DNA of 64,000 nucleotides, taken from positions 2,666,001 through 2,730,000 of the forward strand of contig NC_079238.1 in the NCBI RefSeq assembly GCF_027921745.1, written 5' to 3'. The stretch comes from Schizosaccharomyces osmophilus (Eukaryota). Positions 24,561-37,563 of this stretch are shown here, in pieces. Within the stretch, counting starts at the first letter, position 1; every line of letters starts with the position of its first letter. The notes under the pieces are model-generated. The model was not told where the DNA came from. It did no database searches and was given only the letters and a program-made list of their open reading frames with translations. The position numbers and the translations under genes are program-made.

Positions 24561-24987
24561 TTTAAAGACTAATATTCAAAAACAGAAAAGTTTTCTGAAC
24601 CAAATGTTCCAATGATTTTCACTCGGTCGACACTCGACACGTACTAGCTAGTTACTTGCTGCAAGGTTATTGGGATCCTTGCCAACTCGAAAGCATGCAA
24701 AAGCGCAAGTCTTTTAATAAACAAAGGCTTTCAATGGGTAACGCTCACTCCAACAAGAACGAAGTTGAAAAGGGTAGGATTTTGTGAGTAACACTAACAA
24801 TAACTCAAGGGTAACCCTACCCTAACTTTCATATACCATCTTCCAAAATCTTCAAATTTCAATTTGATGAGAATTAGCAGCCGAGATTTTATTAACTAAA
24901 TATACAAAAAGTGAAAATTATGTTACCTCAGAAAGAATTTATAAAACGCCCATTAAAACAAAAATAAAATAAGATACCGGATGTTCC

Positions 24988-27900
24988 TTACCTCGTTTGT
25001 ACAACTGAATTCCCATCCATAAATCGTACATGAAATAATCGATTAGCATTGGTAAACATTCCTTCTTTTAAGCTCACGACAATAAACTGTGATCTGTTTT
25101 GGTTAGCTTTCAGATAATTATGACTAGTTTTTAAAGTTTCCTACCCTTTAAACTTGGTTTTTATTAAGCGTCCAATATTTTGGGTATGACTCAAGTCTAG
25201 TGCGGCGTCTATTTCGTCGAGAATATACATAGGAGCTGGTTTATATTTCAACAAAGACCTAAACAATATTAGATTAGCTCCGGCTTAAAGCAGGATAAAA
25301 AATCCAAACAAAAACTTACATAATGAGTGCCAAAGCGACTAAAGATCGCTGTCCACCACTAAGTTCGGCCAAACTATCTTTCCATATTGAGCCGATTCGT
25401 ACTCGAATTTCTAATCCACTAGTAAATTCCTTTCCTTCTGGTGGTTGAAGTTCAGCACTATTTCCGGGCAAAAGTTCGTCGAATATTTCGCCAAAGGCTG
25501 CATTGACTTCAATCCAGGTTTTTTCCAAGGCTTGCTTTTTAAATTTATCAATACTGTAGACAGTTTCTTGGATTTTGCGCTTGTCCCGATGTATAGTTCT
25601 TATCATAGCTTTCAGTTTTGCTTCTCTTTTCTCAACACCATCAATCATATCCATTACTTTTGGATTAATCGTCTTCCTCATACTAGCAAACTTGGGTTTT
25701 AAAGCAGCCAATTGTTCTTTACACTGTCGTAAATTTTGAGCACGAAAATCAAACATAGTAGCCTCTTGACCGAAAGTTTGTTTACGATCTTGAATCCAAG
25801 GATGTTCCTTGTCTAATTGTCGCAATGCTACCTCCGCAACATTCTTTTCACGTTCCAACCGGTCATGCTCATGTTTGAACTTTTGACCGACCAGTTGTAG
25901 ATCATTGACAGAAGAATCTACGGCTTTCAGTTTGGTCTTAAACTTATTCAATTCGTTATTAATCCCAGAATATCGTTGAGTTTCCTGCTCAAGCTTTTCA
26001 ACCAATGACTTACGAAGTCTTTGTTGGTCATTCAAGGTTACTTCTAATTCGCTCAGTTCATCTTTTAAGTGCGAAATGCTACTTTCAAAAGATGATACAT
26101 TATCGGTAAAGCGCAGTATCTCAGAGTTAAAGCTTTCTCGATCTAACTTTGCTCCATTTAGTTCATTTTCTACCTCCTCAACATCTTTGGTACTGGAAAG
26201 CAACTTTTCTTTTAACTTATTGAGCTCACTGTGAAGCTCAGTCATTTTTGAGCCTTTGTTATTTTTCCACTCAAACATGTCTCTCTCGATTTTATTTATT
26301 GAGGTTTCTTTCTCTCGTATACGCTCGTCAAGATTTGGCATTTTCTGGCGCAAAGAGGAAAGCTCCTCTTTACAATCACGATGTTCTATAAGAAGACGAC
26401 ATAAGGGATCATTTACCTTTTGTTCCTCCATCAACGATAGCTCGTGTCGCTTCAGCTGAAGTTCTTGCTCAAGCCGATGGAATTGAGCATTTCCAGCAGC
26501 GACATTCGTTAGTTCATGCTTTACAGTTGAATATTCACTTTCTATTTCTTTCAACTTTTCAGAAACTTCACGAAGTTTTTGTAATTGCAAGAGAGGTCCG
26601 GCGGTTTTGTTTACTGATCCACCAGTCAATATACCAGAAGGGTCATAAACGTCTCCATCAGTAGTCACACTTTTTAAACGAACGTTGGGATGAAATGTCA
26701 CTTTCTTAGCAACATCTGGATCATCACAAATAAGACTAGCACCGAACACGTATTGCATGGCTGGTAACAGCTCTTCTTCGTAACCAATGAACTCTAAAGC
26801 TAAAGAAGCTCGATTGTTTGAAATATTCTTAGCAGCACCGACGCGTTCAGCAGAAGCAACAAAGCTAGAAATCTTGTTTAGAGGAATCATGGTTACACGT
26901 TTCTTAAGATTTCCGTTCTGCAAAAGTTGTGCACCTACTCTTTCATTCTCGACGACAACATTATATAAGCGACCACCGGCGGTAATCTCCAAAGCCGTTT
27001 GCTTATCGTAATTTTCCTTGTTGAGATTGAAAAGCTGTGCAACCAATCCTTTAACTTTTGAACGGTCAAATTTTGGAATAGGATCCGTGTACCTAAAATC
27101 CAAGTAAGCCAAGCGACTGTGAAGGGTATCCACCTCATCGGAAAGTTGTTCTCTCTCTTTACGTAGCTGGTCTAGATTTTGTCGCAAAATCTTTTCTTTG
27201 GTGGAATCGTGAGCCCCTCTTTCTAAACGAGATTCTATTTTGGTTACATCTTGCTGCAACTGAGCAACTTGTTTTTCAATTTGCTGTTGTCGTTTATTTG
27301 CCTCTGGTCTTCTCGGTTCTAATTCAGATATCCTTTTCGAGAGGTTTTTAAGCTTCATACGCTCAATCTCCTTTTCGGCATTCAGCTGGTTCAATTCATC
27401 TCTAGCCTCATGTAGCTTTTTAGAGTACCCAATTTCGTGACCTTCGCTAGAAGAAAGACCGGTACTTAGAGAAGAGATTAGTTCTTCTTGGGATTTGACA
27501 GCGGCCAAAGTTTGCTGATAATCCCGGTTTTTTTGCTCATATTGTAAACGTGATTTCTGAAAATTATTTTCTTTAATGTCGCGCAGAGAGTCAGCTTTCG
27601 TTCGCTTTTCTTTTAGATTTTTGAGATTTTTTATCTCTTCTTGCATAGAAGATTGCTTAATCTCTATAGAAGTGCTAAGGCGTGTAATTTTCTCAGTTGT
27701 TGTCTGTAACTGGCTATCTAAGGAAGCATATTCAGAGGAAGCACTCATCTGAGAAGAGCAAAGTTTCTCTAAGTCCTTTACTTGCTTCTCTAAAAACTTA
27801 ATTTCCTCTTTAGATTTTGAGATGGACGATTCAGTTTCCGCGATGCCGCTTTGTTTCTGGTAAACTTGTTTCTCGAGATGCTCTAGCTTGAGCGACAAAT

Positions 27901-28621
27901 TATGGTAATCGAATGCAACGCATAGCTGACTTAATCTTTCTATGTCATTATATACCTGTTGATATTCCAAGAATGTTTTCTTCTCTGATCGTAATTTAGC
28001 AAGTCGCGGTTCAATTTCTTCGCGCAGAAGAGTGTTGATTTCTTCAACTTTAGCCTCTTTTCTCTGCATTGTACGAAATGCTTTTTCTTTTCGCTCTTCA
28101 AACATCCTTGTTCCAGAAGCCTCCTCAATCATAGACAAAATTTCAGTGGATTTCATGTTTAAAACTTTTGTGATCCGTCCTTGCATAATTAAAAAATTTG
28201 GATTATTGATATTTAATTGAACAGACTGAAACAAGTTTTGTACATTCTGCTGTAGAGCACGATGACCATTGATTAAATATTTGCTGGTACCACCCATAAT
28301 AACTTGTCTGGTAACACTGACTTGAGGATGATCCTCAAAGCCGATAGGGCAAGCAGACGCCTCCCGATTGTTAAAAACAATTGTTACGCTTGCTTTTGTT
28401 ATACCAGCTTGGCCTCGTTTATAAATAAGATCCTGCAAATTCTGAGCACGAACAGTGCTCATATTTGTTAAACCAAGAACAAAGCAAATGGCATCTAAAA
28501 TGTTGCTTTTCCCTGATCCATTAAGTCCTGTGATGGCATTAAACTGATCATCCCAATTGCTAATTACGGTTCGCACCGCATATGACTTAAATCCATCGAT
28601 AATAAGCTCTTCGATTTTCAT
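24988..28621 (-). CDS. cut14: Condensin SMC2 subunit (exons ~28621-25320, 25258-25145, 25093-24988)
   Basis: Walker [10 protein letters not shown], hinge, coiled coils, LSGGQRS. Two 3' introns lead to [15 protein letters not shown] and the end DGNSVVQTR*. Confidence 0.96.
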
Positions 28622-28990
28622 TTCTGTGATAGTTTATTTACTTGTAATAGAGTTCTTTCATTTAAGTTGGGACCATCCCCAAAAAGAACGATTGCAATTT
28701 CTTGTTTACGTTTCGCGTCTGTCTGGAGGTAGTGAATTTGCTAGTAATCCATGAACCAAAACAAGAGTACCGAGTGGGGGTATCCCACTCATGTCGTCCC
28801 AGTGAACCTGGCGTACTTCTCTATACGGAGAACAGCGTTTCTATGTAATCTGATTACAAAGTAAAGATTTATAAATTTCTAAGGTTATATAATTCGTTAC
28901 ACAAGAGGAATTATTTTTTGGATCATTGCTACGAAAAGAATCCACTACAGACAAGAAAGAAACACTTGCCCTTCATAAAAATATACACAA

Positions 28991-30679
28991 ATGGGGCAAT
29001 CTGGATCCTTACCGAGTCAGAATAACGGTAGAGAAGCATTAAGAGGAAGAAGTCAAGAATTTGAAAGAAATAATGAAACTGGAGGGGTGGATAATTCACG
29101 ACCCCGAAACTTGTGGGATCGATTGTCTTCAGTAAGTCATCTGCTGGGTTGGAGCCGAGAAAAGCGTCGTCCTAGTCTACGAGATGAACGAAGAAATAAT
29201 GCATCGATTGTAGAAAATACTCATCAACAGAATCCGACGTGGATCAATTCAGCGAACGATCGCCGCGAAAGGCGTCCATCAATACGATCTCTAAGTCCTA
29301 GAGCTGACCCAGGTTCAACGCGAACGAGGGAAAATTTAGAGCATAATATAGAGGATGGCGATGCTTCCCGATTATCGGCTTTTCAAATAGCTCAACGAGA
29401 GTTTGAACGTGCGGAGAGGCAATTTCGCTCAAGTATAGCGGCTTTACATGGATTTAGTCTGGATCAGGGCAACCAAAGTACAAGAGGAGAAAATATTTCT
29501 TCTTCGAATGCTGCTGAAATAAACAACTCGACAGACGGTCATGATACGAGCCATGCACTTCATCATGAAGAATTAAGCGAACGATCTAATGCTCATGTCG
29601 ATGATATTAATATGGAAAATTATACTAGAAGTGTTATGAATTATCTCAATATGCATGAAAACCAACAAGAACGAGTACCGGTCCAAAATGACGGTCAATT
29701 GGCCATGCTGTCGAGGTTCATATTCTCAGTTGCATCCGGTTGGGTAACAGTCTTAATGAACTCTTCCACTGTTCATAGAGAAAACCCAATGCAGACGCCG
29801 TTAACTTCAGAGGAAAGGCCGAATTCTGGAAACGAGTCGTTTGAAGAATTTCTTACCCTGCTGCGTTCCGGTCAGTTGATGGAAGCGATGCACCCCGAGA
29901 ACAATACACATCACGAAGAAATAGATGAAGACGTGTCTTCGATCAACTTGTTTCGAACGTTTCGATTTGATTCGCTTCACAGGAACCACGAGGGTCAAGT
30001 AGTTATCCCAATCATCATAGTTGGAATCCGTAGTTTACGACCGAACACAAATGAGGAGGATGATGGTCAAAATCAAGAACCTCAAAACCTAATGCATCCC
30101 TCAGATTTCCTTTCTTCTATGGCGAATGACTCTCAAAATATGTCATCTCTATCGGATCAGTCGAATGATTCTGAAAATATAAGAAATGAACAAGAATGTG
30201 CGCCGACGGATTTACCGACTGCTTCCAATCAACAGGGGGCACCTATTTCATCTTTGGATGATTACGACGGCCACAGCCATGTATCGGCAGAGCATGCGCA
30301 ACCTAGAAGCTGGGCGATTTATGTCCGGGAGGCTTTTCTTCCCGAAAACCATCCGGTTTTGCGTGCACCATCGTTGTTTACGGATTCACCTACGTATGAG
30401 GATATGTTGCTTTTGAATTCGATCATTGGAAGTGTAAAGCCTCCAGTTGCGGTGCAAAAAGACCTTGACCGAGCAGGAGGGATTTTTCCCATGATGGAGC
30501 CGGACGACAGATGTTTGGTTTGTTTATCGGATTATGAGCAAGGAGACGAATGTCGTCGCTTGTTGAGCTGCGACCACTTCTTTCATCGAGAGTGTATTGA
30601 CAAATGGCTACTTTCGAGTCAGAACTCTTGCCCGTTGTGCCGAGCCAAGGGTGTTGCATCGGAAGCGGTCGCCTTTTGA
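28991..30679 (+). CDS. RING-H2 ubiquitin ligase E3 (SPBP4H10.07-like)
   Basis: C-terminal CLVCLSDY..CRRL..CDHFFHRECIDKWL..NSCPLCR; PTYEDMLLL motif; MGQSGS N-terminus. Confidence 0.88.
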   Translation: MGQSGSLPSQNNGREALRGRSQEFERNNETGGVDNSRPRNLWDRLSSVSHLLGWSREKRRPSLRDERRNNASIVENTHQQNPTWINSANDRRERRPSIRSLSPRADPGSTRTRENLEHNIEDGDASRLSAFQIAQREFERAERQFRSSIAALHGFSLDQGNQSTRGENISSSNAAEINNSTDGHDTSHALHHEELSERSNAHVDDINMENYTRSVMNYLNMHENQQERVPVQNDGQLAMLSRFIFSVASGWVTVLMNSSTVHRENPMQTPLTSEERPNSGNESFEEFLTLLRSGQLMEAMHPENNTHHEEIDEDVSSINLFRTFRFDSLHRNHEGQVVIPIIIVGIRSLRPNTNEEDDGQNQEPQNLMHPSDFLSSMANDSQNMSSLSDQSNDSENIRNEQECAPTDLPTASNQQGAPISSLDDYDGHSHVSAEHAQPRSWAIYVREAFLPENHPVLRAPSLFTDSPTYEDMLLLNSIIGSVKPPVAVQKDLDRAGGIFPMMEPDDRCLVCLSDYEQGDECRRLLSCDHFFHRECIDKWLLSSQNSCPLCRAKGVASEAVAF

Positions 30680-31187
30680 TTGTTATGAAAGAATTTGCAT
30701 AGAGAACATTTGATATATAGAAACGGTACAAGTAGAAGAGATGTTGACGATGCCTGTATAATATAATAATGATGACTTGTTGAAAAGCATAAAAGAAAAG
30801 AAAGAAAAAAAAATGAGAATTCTTTAGGTTGCCGATTTTTCTTTACTATAATATTAATCTTAATGAAAAAGAAAATATTGAATGGCAGCTATATGCAAAT
30901 ATGCTTAACTAGAAAAGCTACAAAGAGACGACTCTTGGTATGTAATGAAAATTTGTTTTCTATTATATGATTTCATGGGAACAATTGGTAAGAAAGAAGG
31001 ATAGAAAAGGATTGTAAAAAAGATAAAAAACAAATAAAAATAAAAAGCATTGTAGCATTGTATACGTATTCTAAGACAATATCACGATGGGGAAGGGGAA
31101 TGCAGGATGGGAGAAGGAAATAGGAACGAACGCGAGGAAAGGTTTGCTATCCCCCTCTCTCTCTTTTCGTTTCAGAATTGGTTCGCA

Positions 31188-31639
31188 ATGGTCCCATTTG
31201 TAAGAGAAATGAAAAAGAAATGAAAAGCTAACAGAAAAATAGTTTTTCAATAAGCCTTTGTACCGGGTTCAACCCCATGTGTCCTTTATAACTCCGGAAA
31301 GAACAGCAAAGACGTATGTTGAAATGAGGAAAGGAGGAAAGGAAGAATAAAAAACTAACAAGATTAGGATTCCAGCAATTTCTCGCTGGACCCTTGCTGC
31401 TGGTGCTGCAGGTAAGAACAAGTGATAGAAAACTTGAACGAAAGGTGGAAGAAACGAGTGTATTAACGAATGGAATAGTATTTTTATTTGCCATGCAAGT
31501 TCCCAAGGTGAAGTCTACGATTTTGCAGGTAAGAAAGCAGGAAAGGATGGACTGAGAGCTGACATGTGCAAATTAGCCGATTGCTTTCCTTGGAGACCAC
31601 TTCAAGGACAAGACTCCTGAAGAAGACAAGTGGTTGTAA
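31188..31639 (+). CDS. qcr10: Cytochrome bc1 subunit Qcr10 (5 exons: 31188-31199, 31243-31313, 31368-31411, 31479-31528, 31577-31639)
   Basis: Hand-spliced product MVPFFFNKPLYRVQPHVSFITPERTAKTIPAISRWTLAAGAAVFLFAMQVPKVKSTILQPIAFLGDHFKDKTPEEDKWL*. All introns are GT..AG with branch sites. Absent from the ORF track. Confidence 0.88.
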
Positions 31640-31827
31640 GCTACCATGGAAGCATGGAACTATCTTGGCCTATTATTTAAAGGCAATGAGATTTTTTTCC
31701 TATAAGTGTAGGAGTGGCCAATGTGTAGAGTAGCGCAAAGTAAACTTGGAAACAGTAAAGGGTCGATTCGCTAGGAGCGGGCGTTGAAACATTTCGAATC
31801 AACTTTTAAACATCAAACAAGGTGAAA

Positions 31828-31897
31828 CTGGTCTCTGGTCTCTGGTCTCTGGTCTCAGGTCTGTGTTCTCTGTTCTCTGTTCTCTGTTCTCTGGTCT
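31828..31897. repeat. Heptamer tandem repeat, 10 units of CTG(G/T)TCT with two variant units
   Basis: Read directly: CTGGTCT x4, CAGGTCT, GTGTTCT, CTGTTCT x3, CTGGTCT. Confidence 0.9.
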
Positions 31898-33191
31898 GTG
31901 TATCCAGTGTGAATCCATGGAACCGTTAGCGAGCAGACGGTAGCGAGCAGACCATAGATGAGCTTGTTCTATCCTAATTTAATAGAAGAATCGTATCGAC
32001 TATGATTCACACAAGTGACCATCAAACATCAAGCATCAAACAGATTAAACGCAAGGCGAAAAAAGAAAAGATCAACAAGAAAAAACAGTGCAAGACCTTT
32101 GTGATGGCATTCGACATTTCGTTTTCTCACCTCTTTTTCCCAGCTGGCCCAGCAAACCCATAACAATGGAACTTTTCCATTGTTATGCTTTTTCCTTTTT
32201 TTTTTTTTTCCTTTTCCTATGAAAGGCCTACGTCTATGCCTCTGCCTCTAAATACTGAACCTTTCGTTTGTTGTTTGTGTACCTTTCTATTCATCGTTTC
32301 ATTGGATACTTTCGGTAACAGCGTTCAATCTTACCCGATGGAGGAGGCTTTGTTATAGGTAGGACTACGAACCTTATTGAAATTTGACTTCGGGACCTCT
32401 TGTAGTAGGTGGAAAATGCTAATCTCTCCACAATCCATGGCGCGAATCAGCTCGTTATTCTCCACCTTTTTCGACGTCAGATAGCATACAAAGTTTCATC
32501 ACAATTATCCGGCAACACCAATCAAGCGAATTGTGATGGTCTCCAATTGCCAATCCTGTTTCAGACAGGTTCAACAAGATGCGGCATTTGTGTCCATATC
32601 GAACCTACCCCGCATGAGGCAGAAAGCATCTTTTTTGTATACATTCATGGGAAAGCTTGTTCCATCATCTATATATGAATGCGTTGGCTCCGGTTTCCAC
32701 CCAAATCGACTTTCTCCCCTCCTCCTCCTTCCCCTTTCATCTTTCCTTCATCGTCTACTTGTGTGTGTCTTTGATTCTTCTTTGGGTATAAATTTTGCTC
32801 GTTTCCTCTAGTGCTTTAGTGCTCTAGTGATTTCCTCTTCCGAACATTTTGGGTTGAACAGAAACAACGAAAGAAAGTGTTATAAAAAAGGAATTCAAGG
32901 AACAAAAAGGAAAAGAACCCTTTTTGTTTCCATTCATTCTTCCCTATTGACACTCGGGAATCTCGGATCCTTGTACTTTATAGGTCGCTACATTTTCTGT
33001 GTTTGTGTGTCTCTATTTTCGGTTTGTCGTTTTGCTTGGCTTTGCCGTATCTTGATTCGGTTTTGCTTGGCTTACCCATGAAAGAGTGATTTACAAGCCT
33101 TGACTCTGCGTTCGAAACAACGTTAATCGTATTTCCAAAGTCTTGTGCTTCTTTTTTTTTTGTGCTTTTCTGTCTCTTGTTTTGCTGCTTT

Positions 33192-33214
33192 TGTGTGTGT
33201 GTGTGTGTGTGTGT
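33192..33214. repeat. (TG)n microsatellite upstream of rsv1
   Basis: About 11 TG units. Confidence 0.9.
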
Positions 33215-33708
33215 CTTTTCCATATCACGCCCTTTCTTGCTGCTATCGGAAACATTCATCCAAGCAATTTGTTGTTCTTTTTCCTTGCATCTTTTCTGCT
33301 CCCTTTTTTCGACAAATAGTCCGAATCGATTGACCGGTATTGTCTCACCAAAATTAAAATTTTGTTTCCGATTTAACCTGTATGCAACAACAACGTTTGA
33401 AAAGCTTTTCCTCCAGTTATTGAATGCTTTGCTGAATTTTGAGTTTTCTATAAAAGAACATGAAAACATTTACGACCTGACCTTTATTTCTCGTTTGTTT
33501 ACACTCTCTTGTTCACGTTCCTCTCCTCTAATTTTAATCTTACAAATTAACTCATTCGATTCCCTCTCGTTACCAAGCTCGAATCTAGTCATTCTATTCC
33601 CCCCTTCTTTTGTTTCAAAAAGCTTTTTTGTCTTCATTCTTTCTGCTCCCCTCTTCAACTCCTCCTCTCACTTCTTCCAGAATATATATTATTTTTTGTT
33701 TCCTCAAA

Positions 33709-34962
33709 ATGAAAACGTATGAATGCCCCTATTGCAAACGCATTTTCCATCGTCAAGAGCACCAAGCTCGTCATATCCGAAGTCACACGGGTGAAAAGCC
33801 CTTTGCTTGTTCCTATTTTGATTGCCGGAAACGGTTCACTCGTCGCGATGAACTTATCCGCCATGTTCGGACTCACCTAAGAAAGGCCCTCGTCAATCCC
33901 GACGCGCTATCCATTACTGTCGAGGATGCTCCATCTCTTCCATCCACCAACGAAGAATCTTCTTCCAATACCAATACCCATCCACAGCCCCCAGTAGACT
34001 CGGATTCCATAAAGTCTTCCGATACCGTTCAGGCTGCTGTTGTTGCTTTATCGATAGCATATGCAAAGCCAACCACCGTCTCGTTAACTTCGCAAGATGT
34101 TCAAATTCAATCTCTTGCCGCTACCCGACCTCGCAGGAAATCTGCTTCGAGTGTCGCTCTGCTTCACAACAAAAACGGTGGCTCTTTTCGTCGTTTTTCC
34201 GTTTCCGACATTCTAAACAAGGGTACCACAGCAGGCTTTACCGTCACATCTCCTAGTTCTTCTTCTCCTTCTTCAGGCTCATCCGGCCCTTCGGCAAGTC
34301 CACAAAAGCTTCCTATCAAAGAAGAATCTCATGCTAGTGATTATCCCTTCCTCTCTCGTCAAAATCGAAGAAGAATTTCCGTCCCTTCCAAGCTCCCTCC
34401 TTTTCTCTCCTCTTCTTTTAACGCTCCATCCAATTCATACTTCCCATCTACCCAATCAGCTCCTTCCAGCTCTACCTTTCATAACCCTTACAATTCTATG
34501 CCCATGGCTTCCTTTCAACGGCCCCATCCACAACCGTCATCCTACGGCCCCCCATCGATGACTCCCATTTCGCCTCCATATGCGCAAGTAGATCACACGG
34601 CTCCGAATCAAAGCTCCTTGACTCCGTATCACGCACAGCCCATATTCGTGGCTCCTTCCCGTGAGATTTCCTTGCATGCACCACCTAATCAGACTGGCAA
34701 TCTTCCTCGTTACTCTGTTTCTCAGAACCTCTATATGGGCCCTTCTGGTGAGAGCACCCACCCTCCTTCTACAAGACCATCCGGCATGCAACAGCGTCCC
34801 TTTTTATTGCCCAACTTTAGCGGAGCTTCTCAGCCCAGGCATCCATTGCCTGACCAGCTTCCTTCGTTAAGATCTCTGCCGACCCTAGAACCTCCTTCAA
34901 ATTCAAGCAACACGATGCCCTTTCCCTCTTGTTCTTTGCAAACGCTATTTCAAAATGATTAA
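33709..34962 (+). CDS. rsv1: C2H2 zinc-finger transcription factor Rsv1 (Mig1/CreA-like)
   Basis: [49 protein letters not shown]; Ser/Pro-rich tail with LPSLRSL. Confidence 0.9.
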   Translation: MKTYECPYCKRIFHRQEHQARHIRSHTGEKPFACSYFDCRKRFTRRDELIRHVRTHLRKALVNPDALSITVEDAPSLPSTNEESSSNTNTHPQPPVDSDSIKSSDTVQAAVVALSIAYAKPTTVSLTSQDVQIQSLAATRPRRKSASSVALLHNKNGGSFRRFSVSDILNKGTTAGFTVTSPSSSSPSSGSSGPSASPQKLPIKEESHASDYPFLSRQNRRRISVPSKLPPFLSSSFNAPSNSYFPSTQSAPSSSTFHNPYNSMPMASFQRPHPQPSSYGPPSMTPISPPYAQVDHTAPNQSSLTPYHAQPIFVAPSREISLHAPPNQTGNLPRYSVSQNLYMGPSGESTHPPSTRPSGMQQRPFLLPNFSGASQPRHPLPDQLPSLRSLPTLEPPSNSSNTMPFPSCSLQTLFQND

Positions 34963-35863
34963 GCAAACAGCTCTGTCAAGTTTGTCAGGCTTGGCAATTG
35001 AAAAAAAAAAAAAAAAAATTAATTCTTATAATTGATCATTTTATATTTTTTCTTTATTTTTAAACCTTATTCCAAACAAGAAAAGGTCAAAAAGCTTCAT
35101 TTACTGTTTGTTATTTTATAACCCAAAATTAACTTCCAAATTGTTTATGTCCTTTCATATTGTTACCTTTCTGACGTTATGCTCTTCAATCACGAAGGCA
35201 CTTTGGCAGTATGGAACTTCGCTTCATCCATGCTTCAATCCATTTTTTATTAACTTTCCGATAATATTTATTGAGCGATCAAGTTGGTTTCTTTTATCAT
35301 ACTCGATCTACCAGATTTTGATTTTTGATTACTCTTATTAATCTATTTTGCGTTTCTTCCTTTTTTTTCTCTTTCTTATGTTCTTCTACTGTCTTCGAGT
35401 TATTTCATCTCTATAACTTAAGTTTTAATTCTCTTTTTTCTCTTTGATCGTTTTCACGTTCAAGTGTCTTTTGCATTCTTTTTCTGCATCTGAGTTTCAA
35501 CTCTTGTTTACGTTGCGTTTGTGCGTAGACTTTTGAATTTCGAGAAACTCATTTACGCTCTTTATTAATTTCTCGCGGCATTGATATCTAATTTGCTATA
35601 AATACTTGGCGTTATTGTCGCTTTTGTTCGTTCTTTCTTTACTTTGGTCATTAAATCCCCCTCTCACTTCTTTCATCTTAAATATAATTTTTTACGGTTT
35701 TTCACGGATTGAAGTATAAACGTAAAAATAGTAAGTATTTTGCTTTTTTGGTCAATACTTGCTGGTTATAATCCATAATAGTATTTCCTTTCCTTCTGAT
35801 AATAAGTTTCCTTTTCTCTTTCACGAGTTTTCAGTTCCATCTTCTGATGAAAACTTTTCTCTT

Positions 35864-37036
35864 ATGAATCTTTTTATGAAATCTTTTGCCATTCGACAAT
35901 GCCCCAAAAAAAGTATTTTTTCTTCCTGTTTAGTATCCCCTCTGAACGTCTTTTTCACTGATCAAAAATATCGGAGGTTTTCAGCTCTTGAACGTCCATC
36001 TTCTCTTTTGTGCAAGCCCTTGCTTACGAAAGACGTAGCTGGTCCATTAAAGCAAAAATGTTGCCGACTGGTTGGTTCCGAAAGAAAGCAAAGCTTTTTG
36101 GTTACCGGTTTACCATCATTTGTGAACAAAATGTCAGCACTTCGGCACTTTTCTTCGTCACGCAAAAGTTGTCTACCAAAGTCTGAGACAAAGTTTTTGT
36201 CACCCCCTCCAAGTGAGCATCGATCAGGTTCGCAGATTGCAACAGCTATAGCAACTCTTATTTGCTTAACTAATGGTCTTGTATTTTGGCAATGGGATCT
36301 TGCAAAAGACGATGTTAGGTCCTTGCACGATTTTGAAAAGTTCAATTGGATGCTAAAAAATACACAATGCTCTTTGCAAAATCTGTACGATGGACGTTGG
36401 TGGACGCTAGTTACTAGTCTCTTTTCGCACCGAGAGTTAACTCACCTTCTTGTCAATTGCTTTGCCATTTATTCCTTTATGACCGTAATAGTTCACCGAT
36501 TTGGTATTCTACGATCACTCTCTGTATATTTATTGTCAGGCGTTATGGGAAATTTCGTTGTTTTAGAAAGGTTATTAAGGAAAGATGAGGTAGCCACTTC
36601 GAAAGGTCCTTTGCATGTTTGGGACGTTCTTTTCCGAAAGGAAAGCCTTTCCGAAACGCAAAATTGGCTAACATATATGAAAAGCAAATTTACATTGTCA
36701 TCATATGTAACAAAAAAAAATGTACAGACATTGCCTCCAAGCTGGAGAACGGGTGCACTTGGAGCTTCCGGCTCCGTTTATGGTATTATGGCACTGTTTG
36801 CCTGTACTTACCCGTTTACTCAATTTCTGTTATTTTTTGTTATTCCTGCTCAAGCATCAACGATCCTACCTCTGGATTTCTTTGTTGAATCACTCCTTCT
36901 CACTCAGAATTACGACGAGACAACGGGCATAGCTTTCGATGCCCACGTTACTGGAATGATTTTGGGTACACTCTCATCCTTTTTACTAATTCCAAAAGTA
37001 TGGCGAGCCAGATTTATGTACAGAAATGGCCTGTGA
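35864..37036 (+). CDS. rbd3: Mitochondrial rhomboid protease
   Basis: RWWTLVTSLFSH..HLLVN, catalytic GASG, AHVTG His, basic presequence. Start ATG uncertain; symbol inferred from gene order. Confidence 0.8.
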   Translation: MNLFMKSFAIRQCPKKSIFSSCLVSPLNVFFTDQKYRRFSALERPSSLLCKPLLTKDVAGPLKQKCCRLVGSERKQSFLVTGLPSFVNKMSALRHFSSSRKSCLPKSETKFLSPPPSEHRSGSQIATAIATLICLTNGLVFWQWDLAKDDVRSLHDFEKFNWMLKNTQCSLQNLYDGRWWTLVTSLFSHRELTHLLVNCFAIYSFMTVIVHRFGILRSLSVYLLSGVMGNFVVLERLLRKDEVATSKGPLHVWDVLFRKESLSETQNWLTYMKSKFTLSSYVTKKNVQTLPPSWRTGALGASGSVYGIMALFACTYPFTQFLLFFVIPAQASTILPLDFFVESLLLTQNYDETTGIAFDAHVTGMILGTLSSFLLIPKVWRARFMYRNGL

Positions 37037-37563
37037 AAGTATATTCTCACTTACGAAACAGTATTACTTTATAGTGAAATCAACTTCACCGATCTATCAA
37101 CTTTAAGAGAAAAATTGCCGTACAACCATCTACCATAGAAACGTAATTTATTGACGACTAGACTTTGGTTTATTCATAAAATGGTACAATTCCTTGAGGT
37201 GCGAAATACTGTCAATGCTTTCGTTATCCAAACGCACAAGGAAGAACCTGACTGTACTACAAATAATTCCGTATTCCTATGACTTAGCATCCATAGTATT
37301 TTACCACATTAGTTTACCACAATTTACACATATATAGACATCTGGAGAGTATCGTATTAAATATCATTAAAATCTGTAGTAAAATTCGTTACGAAATAAG
37401 AATACAGCCATTAAGGCTTCATACAATCGCCAGCTAGAGATATTATAGCACAAGAATGAAGGCAAAGGAACAAAAAGGAAAAATTGATATGATCCAAAGT
37501 TCAACTAGCTTGCATTTTTGTAAGTCAACTTTAGGGTCGTCACAGCGATTCATATATACCATT

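Noticed and set aside
32409..33722. Several overlapping ORFs upstream of rsv1
   Set aside because: Low-complexity T-rich leader and microsatellite translations (VCVCVC, poly-F); no coding signature.
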